IMG/VR virus record: IMGVR_UViG_3300010399_000040 | Span: 3,427 to 67,426 of that record | DNA from: a virus | Reading direction: 5' to 3' (one strand) | Length of the DNA: 64,000 bases | Shown here: positions 23,839 through 33,040 of the stretch, piece by piece | How the letters are laid out: each line of letters opens with the position of its first letter | How positions within the stretch are numbered: the stretch's first letter is position 1 | Program-made: the position numbers and the translations under genes | The notes under the pieces: generated by a model | What the model was told of the DNA's origin: nothing | The model's input: the letters and a program-made list of their open reading frames with translations, nothing else | The model's database searches: none

Positions 23839-23867
23839 ATTATATCAGATTCATAGAGAGACGTCAA
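23839..23867 (-). promoter_or_regulatory. consensus sigma70 promoter for leftward arm (leaderless)
   Basis: TTGACG-N17-TATAAT with extended TG; ATG 6 nt after -10. Confidence 0.75.
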
Positions 23868-23920
23868 TCCTGGAGGAGTTCATGATAACTCCACTAAGCA
23901 AAAAATGTTCAAAATAATTC

Positions 23921-23948
23921 TTGACTCCTTGGATTATCTCAATAGAAT
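23921..23948 (+). promoter_or_regulatory. rightward promoter of virion operon
   Basis: TTGACT-N16-TAGAAT. Confidence 0.6.
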
Positions 23949-23957
23949 GCCTCGACA

Positions 23958-24644
23958 ATGCAGCCTGAGATAACTGCCGAAGACATCATCGACAAGGCTC
24001 GCCACTTGTCGCGCATCGAGCGTGACTACCTCCAGGACACGCTCGACGCGCTCAATGGCGTGTACGAGGACAAGCTCACTGACTTCGAACACCGCATAGT
24101 CGACGACATGGCGATCGAGTGCGACATAAAGCGGACTGCTAAGAACTTGGGCTACAAACCTCGCGAAGTCCGTGCGGCGCTCAGCAAAGCTGACGTGCAA
24201 GATGCGCTCACTGAGAAGCTACTGCAGCATGCTGAAGAAGCTGACCTCACCGCAGTGTACGTCCGCAAGTACGTCAAGGACATCCTCGACCTCAGCCCTG
24301 TCGACTACTACGAGGTCCTCGCAGACGGTCGGGTGGTCGTCGACTTCGACACCGTCAAGGAGGCGCCTCGCGAGGTGAAGCGACTCATCGAGTCCATCGA
24401 GACTCGATACGAAAAGCGTACTGGCGAGTGCGTGACGATCGTCAAGTTCGTGAGCAAAGCTGCCGCGCTAGCTCTCGCAGCGAAGTACACGTTGGTCGAG
24501 GAGCACACTGTCAACGTCAACAACGTGCCGTGGGCTGAGGTAGCGGGCAAGACTATCAAGGAGCTTCCTGCGCACGAGGCCAAGATCGACGACCTTCTGA
24601 AGGAGGCTGACGCTGGACTGGCGCCGACTCCGGGGGTGGCGTGA
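23958..24644 (+). CDS. terminase small subunit (probable)
   Basis: position before TerL; HTH-like N-terminus; SKAAALALAAK C-terminal pattern. Confidence 0.65.
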   Translation: MQPEITAEDIIDKARHLSRIERDYLQDTLDALNGVYEDKLTDFEHRIVDDMAIECDIKRTAKNLGYKPREVRAALSKADVQDALTEKLLQHAEEADLTAVYVRKYVKDILDLSPVDYYEVLADGRVVVDFDTVKEAPREVKRLIESIETRYEKRTGECVTIVKFVSKAAALALAAKYTLVEEHTVNVNNVPWAEVAGKTIKELPAHEAKIDDLLKEADAGLAPTPGVA

Positions 24645-26169
24645 GTGCGTCAGCTTCTGCTGGCCTCACTACACGCTCTACGACAAGCAGTGTGAGGTGT
24701 TCCAGAGCGTCTGGGACAACCGCTTCTCAGTGGTGCCCGCTGGACACAAGCTCGGAAAGGACTTCGTCGCGCCGCTCATAGCGTTGGTCGTCTTCCTCAC
24801 GAGGCACCCGTGTCGCATACTCACGACGTCAGTCGATGGTAAGCAGCTGGAAGGCGTGCTCTGGGGCGAGATGAAGCGGCACATACAGGAGAGCAGAGTC
24901 CCGCTGCTGGCGGAGAAGGGTGGTTGCCTCCGCGTCAACCACATGATGATACGTAAGGTGTACGACGGAGAGGAGTGCGGACTCAGCTACATAATGGGAC
25001 GTGTCGCTGAGTCTCCTGAAGGACTCTCCGGCCACCACATCGCGCAGACGGGAGACGGAATCTTCCGAACTCTCGCGATCGCTGACGAGTGCTCGGGCAT
25101 CGACGAGCAGTGCCTCGATAAGATGACGGAGTGGAGCCAACGTAACTTGTGGATCGGCAATCCGTACGAGTGCCAGAACGAGTTCCGCTACGCAGTGAAG
25201 GGCAATCCGAACACGAACGATCCTGGTGGAGACCTCCGCGATCCTGACACAGGGAAGCTTATCCGCAAGATCATCCGCATAACTGCCGAGGATTCGCCCA
25301 ACGTCAAGTACGCGCTGCGCGAGATCGCTAACGGAAAGAAGCCGAGCGGTCGCATCATCATACCTGGCGTACTGCCCTACGACGACTACGCGTGGGCGCG
25401 GAAGTACTGGAACGCCAAGAAGCAGTGCGCGGGACTCGACGCCGACTGGTACACCGGCTCCGAAGTCCTCATGTTCCCGCCGGAATGGCTCAATCGCGCG
25501 GAATCGCTCGCGGCAGCTTTGTCAGGAAAGCGACGCGCTGGAAAGGGCCTCGGCATCGACCCAGCGGAGGGTGGAGACAACACGTCGTGGACGATCGTCG
25601 ATGAGCTCGGCGTACTCGAGCAACTGTCCATGAAGACCGTCGATACGGAGCCCATCGTGAGCCGGACTTTGGCTCTCATGCGGGAGCACAACGTTCCGGC
25701 CGACCGAGTGTGCTTCGACCGTGGAGGCGGTGGCAAGGAGCACGCCGATCGTATGCGGAAGATGGGTCACCCAGTCCGCACTGTGGGTTTCGGCGAGAGC
25801 GTCGCGTTGGAGATAAAAGCGGGTAAGAACCCCGTGTCTCTGCGACGCGAAGTCAAGGAGGAGAAGTACGCCTTCGTGAACCGTCGCGCGCAGATGTACT
25901 GGGAAGCGCGAGACCTCCTCAACCCTGTGTCGAAGGTCGGTTTCGCGATCCCGAAGTCGCTGTCGCGCCTCCGGCATCAGCTTAGCGTGATCCCTCTGAC
26001 GTACGATCGCGAGGGGCGTTGCTCGCTCCTGCCGAAGCACGATCCGGACCCGAAGAAGCCATCGTTCACGAAGCTCGTCGGCCACTCCCCGGACGAAGCT
26101 GACAGCTTCGTGTTAGCGTTGCACGCGATGCTGCACAAATCGCATCGCGCCGTCGCAGGAGCCGCATGA
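24613..26169 (+). CDS. terL: terminase large subunit
   Basis: AGHKLGKDF Walker A, IADECSG Walker B, IGNP, GIDPA nuclease, SPDEADS; open frame extends to a CTG 6 nt after AGGAGG (track start 24697). Confidence 0.9.
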   Translation: MDWRRLRGWRECVSFCWPHYTLYDKQCEVFQSVWDNRFSVVPAGHKLGKDFVAPLIALVVFLTRHPCRILTTSVDGKQLEGVLWGEMKRHIQESRVPLLAEKGGCLRVNHMMIRKVYDGEECGLSYIMGRVAESPEGLSGHHIAQTGDGIFRTLAIADECSGIDEQCLDKMTEWSQRNLWIGNPYECQNEFRYAVKGNPNTNDPGGDLRDPDTGKLIRKIIRITAEDSPNVKYALREIANGKKPSGRIIIPGVLPYDDYAWARKYWNAKKQCAGLDADWYTGSEVLMFPPEWLNRAESLAAALSGKRRAGKGLGIDPAEGGDNTSWTIVDELGVLEQLSMKTVDTEPIVSRTLALMREHNVPADRVCFDRGGGGKEHADRMRKMGHPVRTVGFGESVALEIKAGKNPVSLRREVKEEKYAFVNRRAQMYWEARDLLNPVSKVGFAIPKSLSRLRHQLSVIPLTYDREGRCSLLPKHDPDPKKPSFTKLVGHSPDEADSFVLALHAMLHKSHRAVAGAA

Positions 26170-26540
26170 TGCCGCGAGCTGAGCTAGTCAAAGGTGGAGT
26201 TAAAATCTTCTGCCCTGGGTGCAAAGAATACCACGTGCTAGACGCTCGGTGGGCGTTCAACGGCGATCTGGAGAAGCCTACGTTCAGTCCAAGTGGCCTG
26301 GGGAAGACTTGCTCACTGTTAATTCGCACTGGACACTACTCGCAGTTCCACAAGCAAGGCGATGGTTGCTGGTGTACGTTCAAAGAGAGGTACGGATACG
26401 ATCCGGGCTTCGTATGCAAGCAGTGCCATTCGCACATAACGGACGGTCGCATAGCGTTTCTTGCTGACTGTTCGCACGAGCTTCGTGGCCAGACAGTTGA
26501 CTTACCTGACATTGCGACAGGAGCTGCGCTGGAGATATGA
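26166..26540 (+). CDS. DUF6527-like Cys/His protein
   Basis: FCPGC..H..WAFNGD..PTFSPS...CHSHITDG..FLADCSH. Confidence 0.7.
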   Translation: MMPRAELVKGGVKIFCPGCKEYHVLDARWAFNGDLEKPTFSPSGLGKTCSLLIRTGHYSQFHKQGDGCWCTFKERYGYDPGFVCKQCHSHITDGRIAFLADCSHELRGQTVDLPDIATGAALEI

Positions 26541-26752
26541 GCGATCCGTTGACGTTCCTCTACGTCGTGTTCTTCTCGGCGCTAGCGCTGCTGATCGTCT
26601 ACGACGTCTACCGTTACGCGAGGTACGGCGTGCCCGGTACGATCTCGCATTGGATGTACGTCAAGGGTACGACGCGACCGTTCTACGCGTTCATGGTGGG
26701 CGTGTTCATCGGTGGTCTGGTCTTCGGGCTCGCTGCCCATTTCTGGAGCTGA
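26537..26752 (+). CDS. small 2-TM membrane protein
   Basis: two hydrophobic helices. Confidence 0.6.
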   Translation: MSDPLTFLYVVFFSALALLIVYDVYRYARYGVPGTISHWMYVKGTTRPFYAFMVGVFIGGLVFGLAAHFWS

Positions 26753-26766
26753 CAAGGAGGTAGAAA

Positions 26767-27216
26767 ATGAGGTCGAAGTTCGTCCTGATTGCGTTATCGG
26801 TGCTGACCCTATCGACGGTAGCCCAAGCTGGTCCGCGAGCGAGGCGAGGCTACTCGCAAACGCCGCTGATTCAGTGTTCAGTTCCGGGACCGTACACTCC
26901 GGCGGTGGAGGCTCTTAGCGAAGTCAACGCCGCGAGAGCAGCTCGCGGCTTGCCGCCGTTCGCTTTTGATCCGGGCCTCTGCGACGCGGCGCGGGTGTGC
27001 GCCAACCACCGTGCCGCAACTCTCAACACGGGTCACACCGCTAACGACTTCGCAGCGCTGGCGCCCGGAGTTTACGCTTCCGCCGCGGGGTGCGGCGGAT
27101 TGGAGTGGAGCTGGGGCTGGGGGACCTGCTGCACGTACGACAACTACAGGTACGCCGGTGCGGCGTACGCTGTTGGTAGGGACGGTAAGCGCTACATGCA
27201 CATCTTCGTGCGGTAG
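26767..27216 (+). CDS. secreted CAP/SCP domain protein
   Basis: signal peptide; EVNAARAARGLPPF..D..L..AA..H. Confidence 0.7.
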   Translation: MRSKFVLIALSVLTLSTVAQAGPRARRGYSQTPLIQCSVPGPYTPAVEALSEVNAARAARGLPPFAFDPGLCDAARVCANHRAATLNTGHTANDFAALAPGVYASAAGCGGLEWSWGWGTCCTYDNYRYAGAAYAVGRDGKRYMHIFVR

Positions 27217-27237
27217 CTAACTCCAAGGAGGTTCGGT

Positions 27238-27483
27238 ATGTTTCGCCTGGCCCTGTTAGTTCTGCTGATCGCGTGCTCCGACGTGTTCGCTCAGTGCCCG
27301 AACGGCCGATGCCCTGCTCAATCGAGCGGCATCGTACGCTCCCGCACTGTGCAACGCGTCCGCCTGCAGCAAGCGCCGCCAGTGGTCGCTCCCGTCGCTG
27401 TCACTGTCTCTGGTTGCGCGTCGCAAGGTTGCGCATCGCAGAGCACCTCGCGTCGTTTCCACATCCTTCCCTGGCGCCGATGA
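27238..27483 (+). CDS. small secreted Cys-containing protein
   Basis: signal peptide then CPNGRCP; strong RBS. Confidence 0.6.
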   Translation: MFRLALLVLLIACSDVFAQCPNGRCPAQSSGIVRSRTVQRVRLQQAPPVVAPVAVTVSGCASQGCASQSTSRRFHILPWRR

Positions 27484-27929
27484 GTCGGCGGATCGTAGTA
27501 CGCCTGGACTGGCGCGCCTACTTCGCTAAGTTCTGCGAGGAGCACGGTGAGCCAGTCAACTACCGCGGAAGGCTCCTCTTCCGCGATGGCTACATGTACT
27601 CAGCAACAAACCACGCCGGCCCGGAGTATTCGCCTCCGGTCGGCGAGGCTCTGTCGCAGCTCCAGAGCGAGTATTGGACGCTGCGACGGCGCATGATACA
27701 GGAGCAGATCGACGACCTGACTTACGTCGCGGAGAGCGTGTTCCAGATGCAAGCAGGTCGCAGCGTCAAGCTCCAGCAAGTCACGTCGTACAAAGATGAC
27801 GAAGGGCGTGTCAAAGTCGAGATAGGCGACGTCGACAGGGAAGCTCTTGTGGAGCGCATGAAGTGGCTAGTCGCAGAAGCTAAGTCAGCAGATGAGATGC
27901 TTCGATCCTTAGCACCGGTGACAACATGA
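27480..27929 (+). CDS. hypothetical protein
   Basis: ATGA coupling at 27480. Confidence 0.55.
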   Translation: MSRRIVVRLDWRAYFAKFCEEHGEPVNYRGRLLFRDGYMYSATNHAGPEYSPPVGEALSQLQSEYWTLRRRMIQEQIDDLTYVAESVFQMQAGRSVKLQQVTSYKDDEGRVKVEIGDVDREALVERMKWLVAEAKSADEMLRSLAPVTT

Positions 27930-28129
27930 TGACGATTAAACTTATTACTGACGACGGAGAAGTAGCTGAGTTTACAGTTCAGGATAGCTTCGAATTGTGT
28001 AAGGCAATTCGCGATCTTGTTACGGAACGAGGTGGTTGGTTGAGCAATTTTGCGTCGCCTGGCATGCAAGAGAGCGAAGTGCCTCTGATGAGCATTCAGT
28101 TCGTTACGGAGGTTGAGCGATGCCCGTGA
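27926..28129 (+). CDS. hypothetical protein
   Basis: coupled ORF. Confidence 0.45.
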   Translation: MMTIKLITDDGEVAEFTVQDSFELCKAIRDLVTERGGWLSNFASPGMQESEVPLMSIQFVTEVERCP

Positions 28130-28311
28130 GGAGTAACGTAGGTCGCCGTGACGGGCACGTCGCGACGAGCGACGTCGTAATCTACACCGACGAGGAGTTC
28201 GAGTTCCTCAAGGCAGTCGACAAGTACAAGCGCGAGAAGCGCAGACCCTTTCCAACTTGCTCCGAGATACTCGCTATCGCCCGTGCGCTGGGCTACAGGA
28301 AGGTGGCGTGA
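28120..28311 (+). CDS. small conserved protein
   Basis: YTDEEFEFLKAVDKYKR..RPFPTCSEIL..LGYRK. Confidence 0.55.
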   Translation: MPVRSNVGRRDGHVATSDVVIYTDEEFEFLKAVDKYKREKRRPFPTCSEILAIARALGYRKVA

Positions 28312-31300
28312 TGAACCGCCTCTGGGTTAACGATCCGATACTCGTCAACAAGCTTGAAGAGATGGAGAAGCGTATGATCGCGAACGAGACGGGCATGTCT
28401 CGCGTCGCGTTGTTGGCGCAGATGTTCGATCCTCGACGTGACATCGACAACGAATGCGGATACCCGAAGAACACGTTCTGGAGCGCCGACCAGTACCAGG
28501 ATTTGTACGAGCGTGAACCCGTCGCGAACCGTGCGATACAACTCTTCCCGAAGGAAGCGTGGCAACGCTTACCGAGCATCTCCGAGGACGAGGACAGTCG
28601 GCACTTCACGAAGTTCGAGCAGGCGGTGCAGGACTTCTCTCAGAAGCTCAGCGCCAGTTCGTGGCACTCTGACACGACCGGCGTCACGTTGTGGGAGCAT
28701 TGTCACCGCATCAACACACTGTGTAGGGTCGGTTCGTTCGGTCTGCTGCTGATCGGCCTCGACGACGGCAAGGACTTGAGTGAACCCGTCGACGGCATGG
28801 TCACGGTCAACCGCCGCTTGGAGCCCATCTACAGGGTGGACGCAGAGGGCGATCCTGTGCTCAACTCCGCGGGAAAGCCTACGCAAGCCGGCGTGCGAGT
28901 AGTGAAGGAGGGTGATGCTGTCCCAGCTTTTCCTGATGGGCCGATCCTCCGCAACGAGCTCACTGCGCTGCGCAACCCTGTCAAGCTGACGGAGGACCAA
29001 ATCAAAGCGGGCGTGCGTCAGACGCCCGCTCTCAACGATGCGGAGGCGGCGGTCGTCGCTAAGTGGGAACGAGGCTGGGTCGAGGACGCTCCTGTATACG
29101 CGCGGCGTGAGGAGGTCGTCAACAAAGTCGCGACGACGTTCAGCGACTTGACTGCGACGGGGCAGCAGAGCATCCAGGGCACCGACCAGCAGTACTTCGG
29201 TGTGCAGTTCGGTCCGACCCAGCAACCTGCTCAGAAGCCAGTCAAGGCGGGTGACGTCATCTTCATGCAGGAGTTCGGTGAGCCCCTGGTGCAGATCGTG
29301 CGGTACGAGTGGAACATCCGGAATCCGCGCTTTGGCATGCCAGTCATGTACCGCGTGACGCTCAATGATCCCAGGCAGGTGCACAGCGGCGTCGGCTTGC
29401 CTCTCGCGACCGTCTTCGTCCACTGGAGTCGCGTGATCCACGTCCACGACAGCTACTCCAACCCCGGGTCGTCGCGCATCTTTGCTTACCCGGCGCTCAT
29501 GCCGATCCTTAATCCCGTGCTCGACATAAAGAAGGTGCGCGGGGCCAGTGCGGAAGCTTACTGGAAGAACTGCCTCGCGTCGCTCAGTCTTGAGACGCAT
29601 CCGCAGCTCGGTGGCGACGTGGACGTCGACAAGCAATCGCTGAAAGACATGCTGGAGCAAAAGAACAACGGGCTCCAGCGCGACATCATCCTCACTGGAA
29701 TGACAGCCAAGACGATCGCTCCGCAGGCGGTCGATCCGACGCCGTACATCGCTACGCAGATCGAAGCCATCTGCATCCAGCTAGGGTGTCCGATACGCGT
29801 GTTCAAAGGCGCGGAGCGTGGTGAGTTAGCCAGCTCCCAGGACGACGCTGATTGGAACGACCGGATCATGGGATACTGCAACGGGTTCTGCACACCCTAC
29901 ATCATCGCGCCGCTATTCGACAGGCTCATCATGTTCGGTTCGCTGCCCGAACCCGAGTCGTACACTGTTAAGTGGCCGGACCCGGAAGCTCTCGGCGACG
30001 CTGAGAAAGCGACCGTCGGGCTCACGCTCACTCAAGCGATGGCGGCGTATAACCAGGGCGACGTCAAGATGCTCGTCGGCGTTGAGGACTACATGGTGGG
30101 CGTGCTCGGCATGGACCAGGACAAAGTGGAGGAGTGGGTCAAGAACGCGCAGAAGGCGGCCGAAGACGAGCAAGCCGATCAGCAGGCTCTCGCTGACGAG
30201 CAAGGTTTCGAGCCTGCGCCTCCGCCGGGTTTTCAGACGCCCGTCGACGACAGCGAGACGCCCGTCGACGACAGCGAACCATTGGCGAACCTCCGCAGCG
30301 CTTGGAACGCGTTCTGCGCCACAGGCGAAGGCGGTGGAGTCGATCCTACGTGCTCTTCATCCGAGCATTCTTCGGCAGCTGACTCTAGCGAGAAGCTAGC
30401 CAGATCGCTGACTCAGCAATCTAAGGCGGCCGCTTCTCAGGGCGTACACGAAGTCGCCGACGCCTACGCGCACGCTGCTCAAGCGACTCGTGAGGTAGCC
30501 GGCAAGCACCGCGAGCTAGCTCAGGAACTCGCTAAAGACGAGCGAGTGGCTGCTTCACAGAGTAAAGTGGCTGCGGCGGAACGTCGAGTCGCTGAGGCGA
30601 AGCAGAAGGAGGCTGATGCGCGAAGGAAAGTCGAGGCGCTCCGTCAGAAGTACGGTATAGCTGCCAACGAGTGGAGCGATGCTGCGCGCGAGGCGGCGCT
30701 AGAAGCACGGCGGGCGAAGATGGCGGGCAAGGAAGTTCCGGAGCACCTCATGGAAGCGGAGCATTTGCTGCACCTGGGTCACCTCAGCACCGAGGTGAGA
30801 GAGGTCGCGGAGCACCTCGCGACCGGCCACTTCGGCGTCGAAGACATCGCTACCGTCGTCGGTTCCGCTCTCAAACCTCTTGCGCTCAAAGTCGGCGAAG
30901 CTTTGCAGCGGGTGCCTGGTGCGAAGGCTGCTGGTCACGCGTTGGTCGCTCTCCACGACAAGTGCAGAGACATCGCTCACGCCGCGATTGTTCGCGCTAT
31001 AGAGAGGTACGGGCACGGGGCAGTCAGCGCGGCGATCGGCGTCGGCGGGTTCGCATCGACGATGGCGGCGAAGAGCGTCGGACTTGGCGCGGCTGAGGCG
31101 GTCGGCCACAACGCTGCGAAGTACGTGGGGGCGATGCCGATCCTCGCGCTCGCTGAGGTTGGCCACCAATTGGGCGTCGTAGCGCCTCACACGAAGCTCG
31201 ACAAAGGGTTGACGTACACCGCCACCAAGTTGTTCGTGATGAGGGAGGCGGCGCACATCATCGCGCGGAGCGCCGTCAGCAAGGTGATCAGTAAAGTGAC

Positions 31301-32240
31301 TGGAGGCAAGGCGCCTGTGGGCAACGCAGATATCGTCGGCGAGATACTCAAGGAGGTCGGAGACAAGTTCACGCACGAAGCGAAGGCGGACTCGCTCCTG
31401 CTTCAAGGCGACGGCGCGGACCACATGTTCAGCGCGTTGGAGTCGCTTACGACCAACGCGTTCTGCGCTACAGGCGAAGGTGGTGGAGTCGATCCGACCT
31501 GCAGTCCAAGCGGTGGCCGCGGCGGCGGTGGCGACGCTGCGAAGGGGCTCAAGGGCAGCGGTACGAAGGAGGATCCGTACCAGTGCGGTGCTGACATCGA
31601 GAAGGCAGCGGTGCTCCTCGCGGGTGGACACCACATCACGCTCGCTCAACCGGACCAGGTGTCTTCGCTCCTCGACAAGATCGCTTCCGTCGTGAGCCAA
31701 GCGAAGGCAGCCGGCAAGGAGGCTCCGAAGTACAACCTGTGCAACGTTAGCGTGCCGAAGACGAACCTCTTCTGCCAGGACAGCCTCGGCATACCGCGCA
31801 TCAAGATGCCTCAGCTCGACGGTAGCCCTCTCTCTGGAACTAAAGCTGCCGGTATGCCGCGCGAGAAGAATGGCAACGTCGACGTGGGCCCGGCGTTCAT
31901 CGAGTACATGGCCTCGAAGGGAGTGACGCACACCGACGAGATTGTCTCAGCGTCGCACCTACGTGCGTCGCAGGGTGAGCTGGTCGGGAGCAAGGTCGCG
32001 GGCATGGTGAGGGCGGCGGAGGAGCACAAGTTCGATCCGACGAAGGGAGCGATCTACGTCACGAAGGACAACTACATCATCGACGGGCACCACCGCTGGG
32101 CGACCATCGTGGGCTTGTCATATGCAGAACGTAAAGACATACGGATGCCAGTGCGTCGGTTGAACATCGACATCGGTACCGCGCTAGATCACGCGAACCA
32201 GTTCACTAAGGACATCGGGATCGCGCCGCAAGCAGGATAA
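28311..32240 (+). CDS. portal protein (DUF1073-like) with long multi-module C-terminal extension ending in a ParB-like domain
   Basis: LYEREPVA.RAI, RFGMP.MY, VHWSRVIH, GCPIRVFKGAERGELAS; C-terminal IIDGHHRW. Confidence 0.8.
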   Translation: MNRLWVNDPILVNKLEEMEKRMIANETGMSRVALLAQMFDPRRDIDNECGYPKNTFWSADQYQDLYEREPVANRAIQLFPKEAWQRLPSISEDEDSRHFTKFEQAVQDFSQKLSASSWHSDTTGVTLWEHCHRINTLCRVGSFGLLLIGLDDGKDLSEPVDGMVTVNRRLEPIYRVDAEGDPVLNSAGKPTQAGVRVVKEGDAVPAFPDGPILRNELTALRNPVKLTEDQIKAGVRQTPALNDAEAAVVAKWERGWVEDAPVYARREEVVNKVATTFSDLTATGQQSIQGTDQQYFGVQFGPTQQPAQKPVKAGDVIFMQEFGEPLVQIVRYEWNIRNPRFGMPVMYRVTLNDPRQVHSGVGLPLATVFVHWSRVIHVHDSYSNPGSSRIFAYPALMPILNPVLDIKKVRGASAEAYWKNCLASLSLETHPQLGGDVDVDKQSLKDMLEQKNNGLQRDIILTGMTAKTIAPQAVDPTPYIATQIEAICIQLGCPIRVFKGAERGELASSQDDADWNDRIMGYCNGFCTPYIIAPLFDRLIMFGSLPEPESYTVKWPDPEALGDAEKATVGLTLTQAMAAYNQGDVKMLVGVEDYMVGVLGMDQDKVEEWVKNAQKAAEDEQADQQALADEQGFEPAPPPGFQTPVDDSETPVDDSEPLANLRSAWNAFCATGEGGGVDPTCSSSEHSSAADSSEKLARSLTQQSKAAASQGVHEVADAYAHAAQATREVAGKHRELAQELAKDERVAASQSKVAAAERRVAEAKQKEADARRKVEALRQKYGIAANEWSDAAREAALEARRAKMAGKEVPEHLMEAEHLLHLGHLSTEVREVAEHLATGHFGVEDIATVVGSALKPLALKVGEALQRVPGAKAAGHALVALHDKCRDIAHAAIVRAIERYGHGAVSAAIGVGGFASTMAAKSVGLGAAEAVGHNAAKYVGAMPILALAEVGHQLGVVAPHTKLDKGLTYTATKLFVMREAAHIIARSAVSKVISKVTGGKAPVGNADIVGEILKEVGDKFTHEAKADSLLLQGDGADHMFSALESLTTNAFCATGEGGGVDPTCSPSGGRGGGGDAAKGLKGSGTKEDPYQCGADIEKAAVLLAGGHHITLAQPDQVSSLLDKIASVVSQAKAAGKEAPKYNLCNVSVPKTNLFCQDSLGIPRIKMPQLDGSPLSGTKAAGMPREKNGNVDVGPAFIEYMASKGVTHTDEIVSASHLRASQGELVGSKVAGMVRAAEEHKFDPTKGAIYVTKDNYIIDGHHRWATIVGLSYAERKDIRMPVRRLNIDIGTALDHANQFTKDIGIAPQAG
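30235..30276 (+). repeat. 21-bp tandem duplication (TPVDDSE x2)
   Basis: AGACGCCCGTCGACGACAGCG twice. Confidence 0.85.
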
Positions 32241-32266
32241 ATAACAACACCCAGCGAGAAGCCAGC

Positions 32267-33040
32267 ATGAGACTACGTTTCGAACAACTCGAATCGCGAA
32301 CCAACCCCTCGACCGACGTGTTCGGCATCGACCACGCGGCTTTGTATCCCGGCGTCCCCGAGGTCATCGCGTACGGCGATTACAACGGCGACGGCCGGCA
32401 GGACGAAGCGATCGTCGCCGGTCGGGGTGGCGGGCCAGCCTCCACGGTCATCTCCGACGCGGGTAGCGGACAGAACTCGCCGAACCCCGACCCATTGTCG
32501 CCGTTCGTGCTGTTCAAGGATTTCGTGATGGAGCCGTCAGCCCGCATGGGCATCACGGTTGCCTCGATGCGCTCCGCCGACAACACGCATGACATGCTCG
32601 TGTACGCTTCGGATTTCGGCGGCGGCCCGCGCGTCGTCGTGCAAGACCTCATGAAAGGAACGATTACCTCGTTCTTCGTGATGGACCAGAATTACTACGG
32701 CGGCATCCATCTCACCGAGGCCGGGCCGAATTACTCCATCGTCAACGGCTTCCCCGTGGCACTGCCCGGCCACGTCAACGATATGGTTGTCGCGTTTGCC
32801 GAGGTTGGCGGCGCTCCGGAATGCACGCTGTTCAACGCGAACGGTCTGGTGAATTCGTTCTTCGCGGGGCCGCAGGATGATCGCTCTGGCGATTACCAGC
32901 CAGCGCCCGCAGCAGTCGGCGCTACGATCCTTGACGGCACACACGCGGACGGAATGATCGTCAGCAATCCGGATGGATCGAGCACGTTCTACGACATGCT
33001 GGGACGGGTGCATGCTGATCCGTTCGCGGGGACGGATTGA
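32267..33040 (+). CDS. planctomycete-type extracellular FG-GAP-like protein
   Basis: N-terminal RLRFEQLESRTNP leader, GDYNGDGRQD, GGGPRV. Confidence 0.7.
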   Translation: MRLRFEQLESRTNPSTDVFGIDHAALYPGVPEVIAYGDYNGDGRQDEAIVAGRGGGPASTVISDAGSGQNSPNPDPLSPFVLFKDFVMEPSARMGITVASMRSADNTHDMLVYASDFGGGPRVVVQDLMKGTITSFFVMDQNYYGGIHLTEAGPNYSIVNGFPVALPGHVNDMVVAFAEVGGAPECTLFNANGLVNSFFAGPQDDRSGDYQPAPAAVGATILDGTHADGMIVSNPDGSSTFYDMLGRVHADPFAGTD

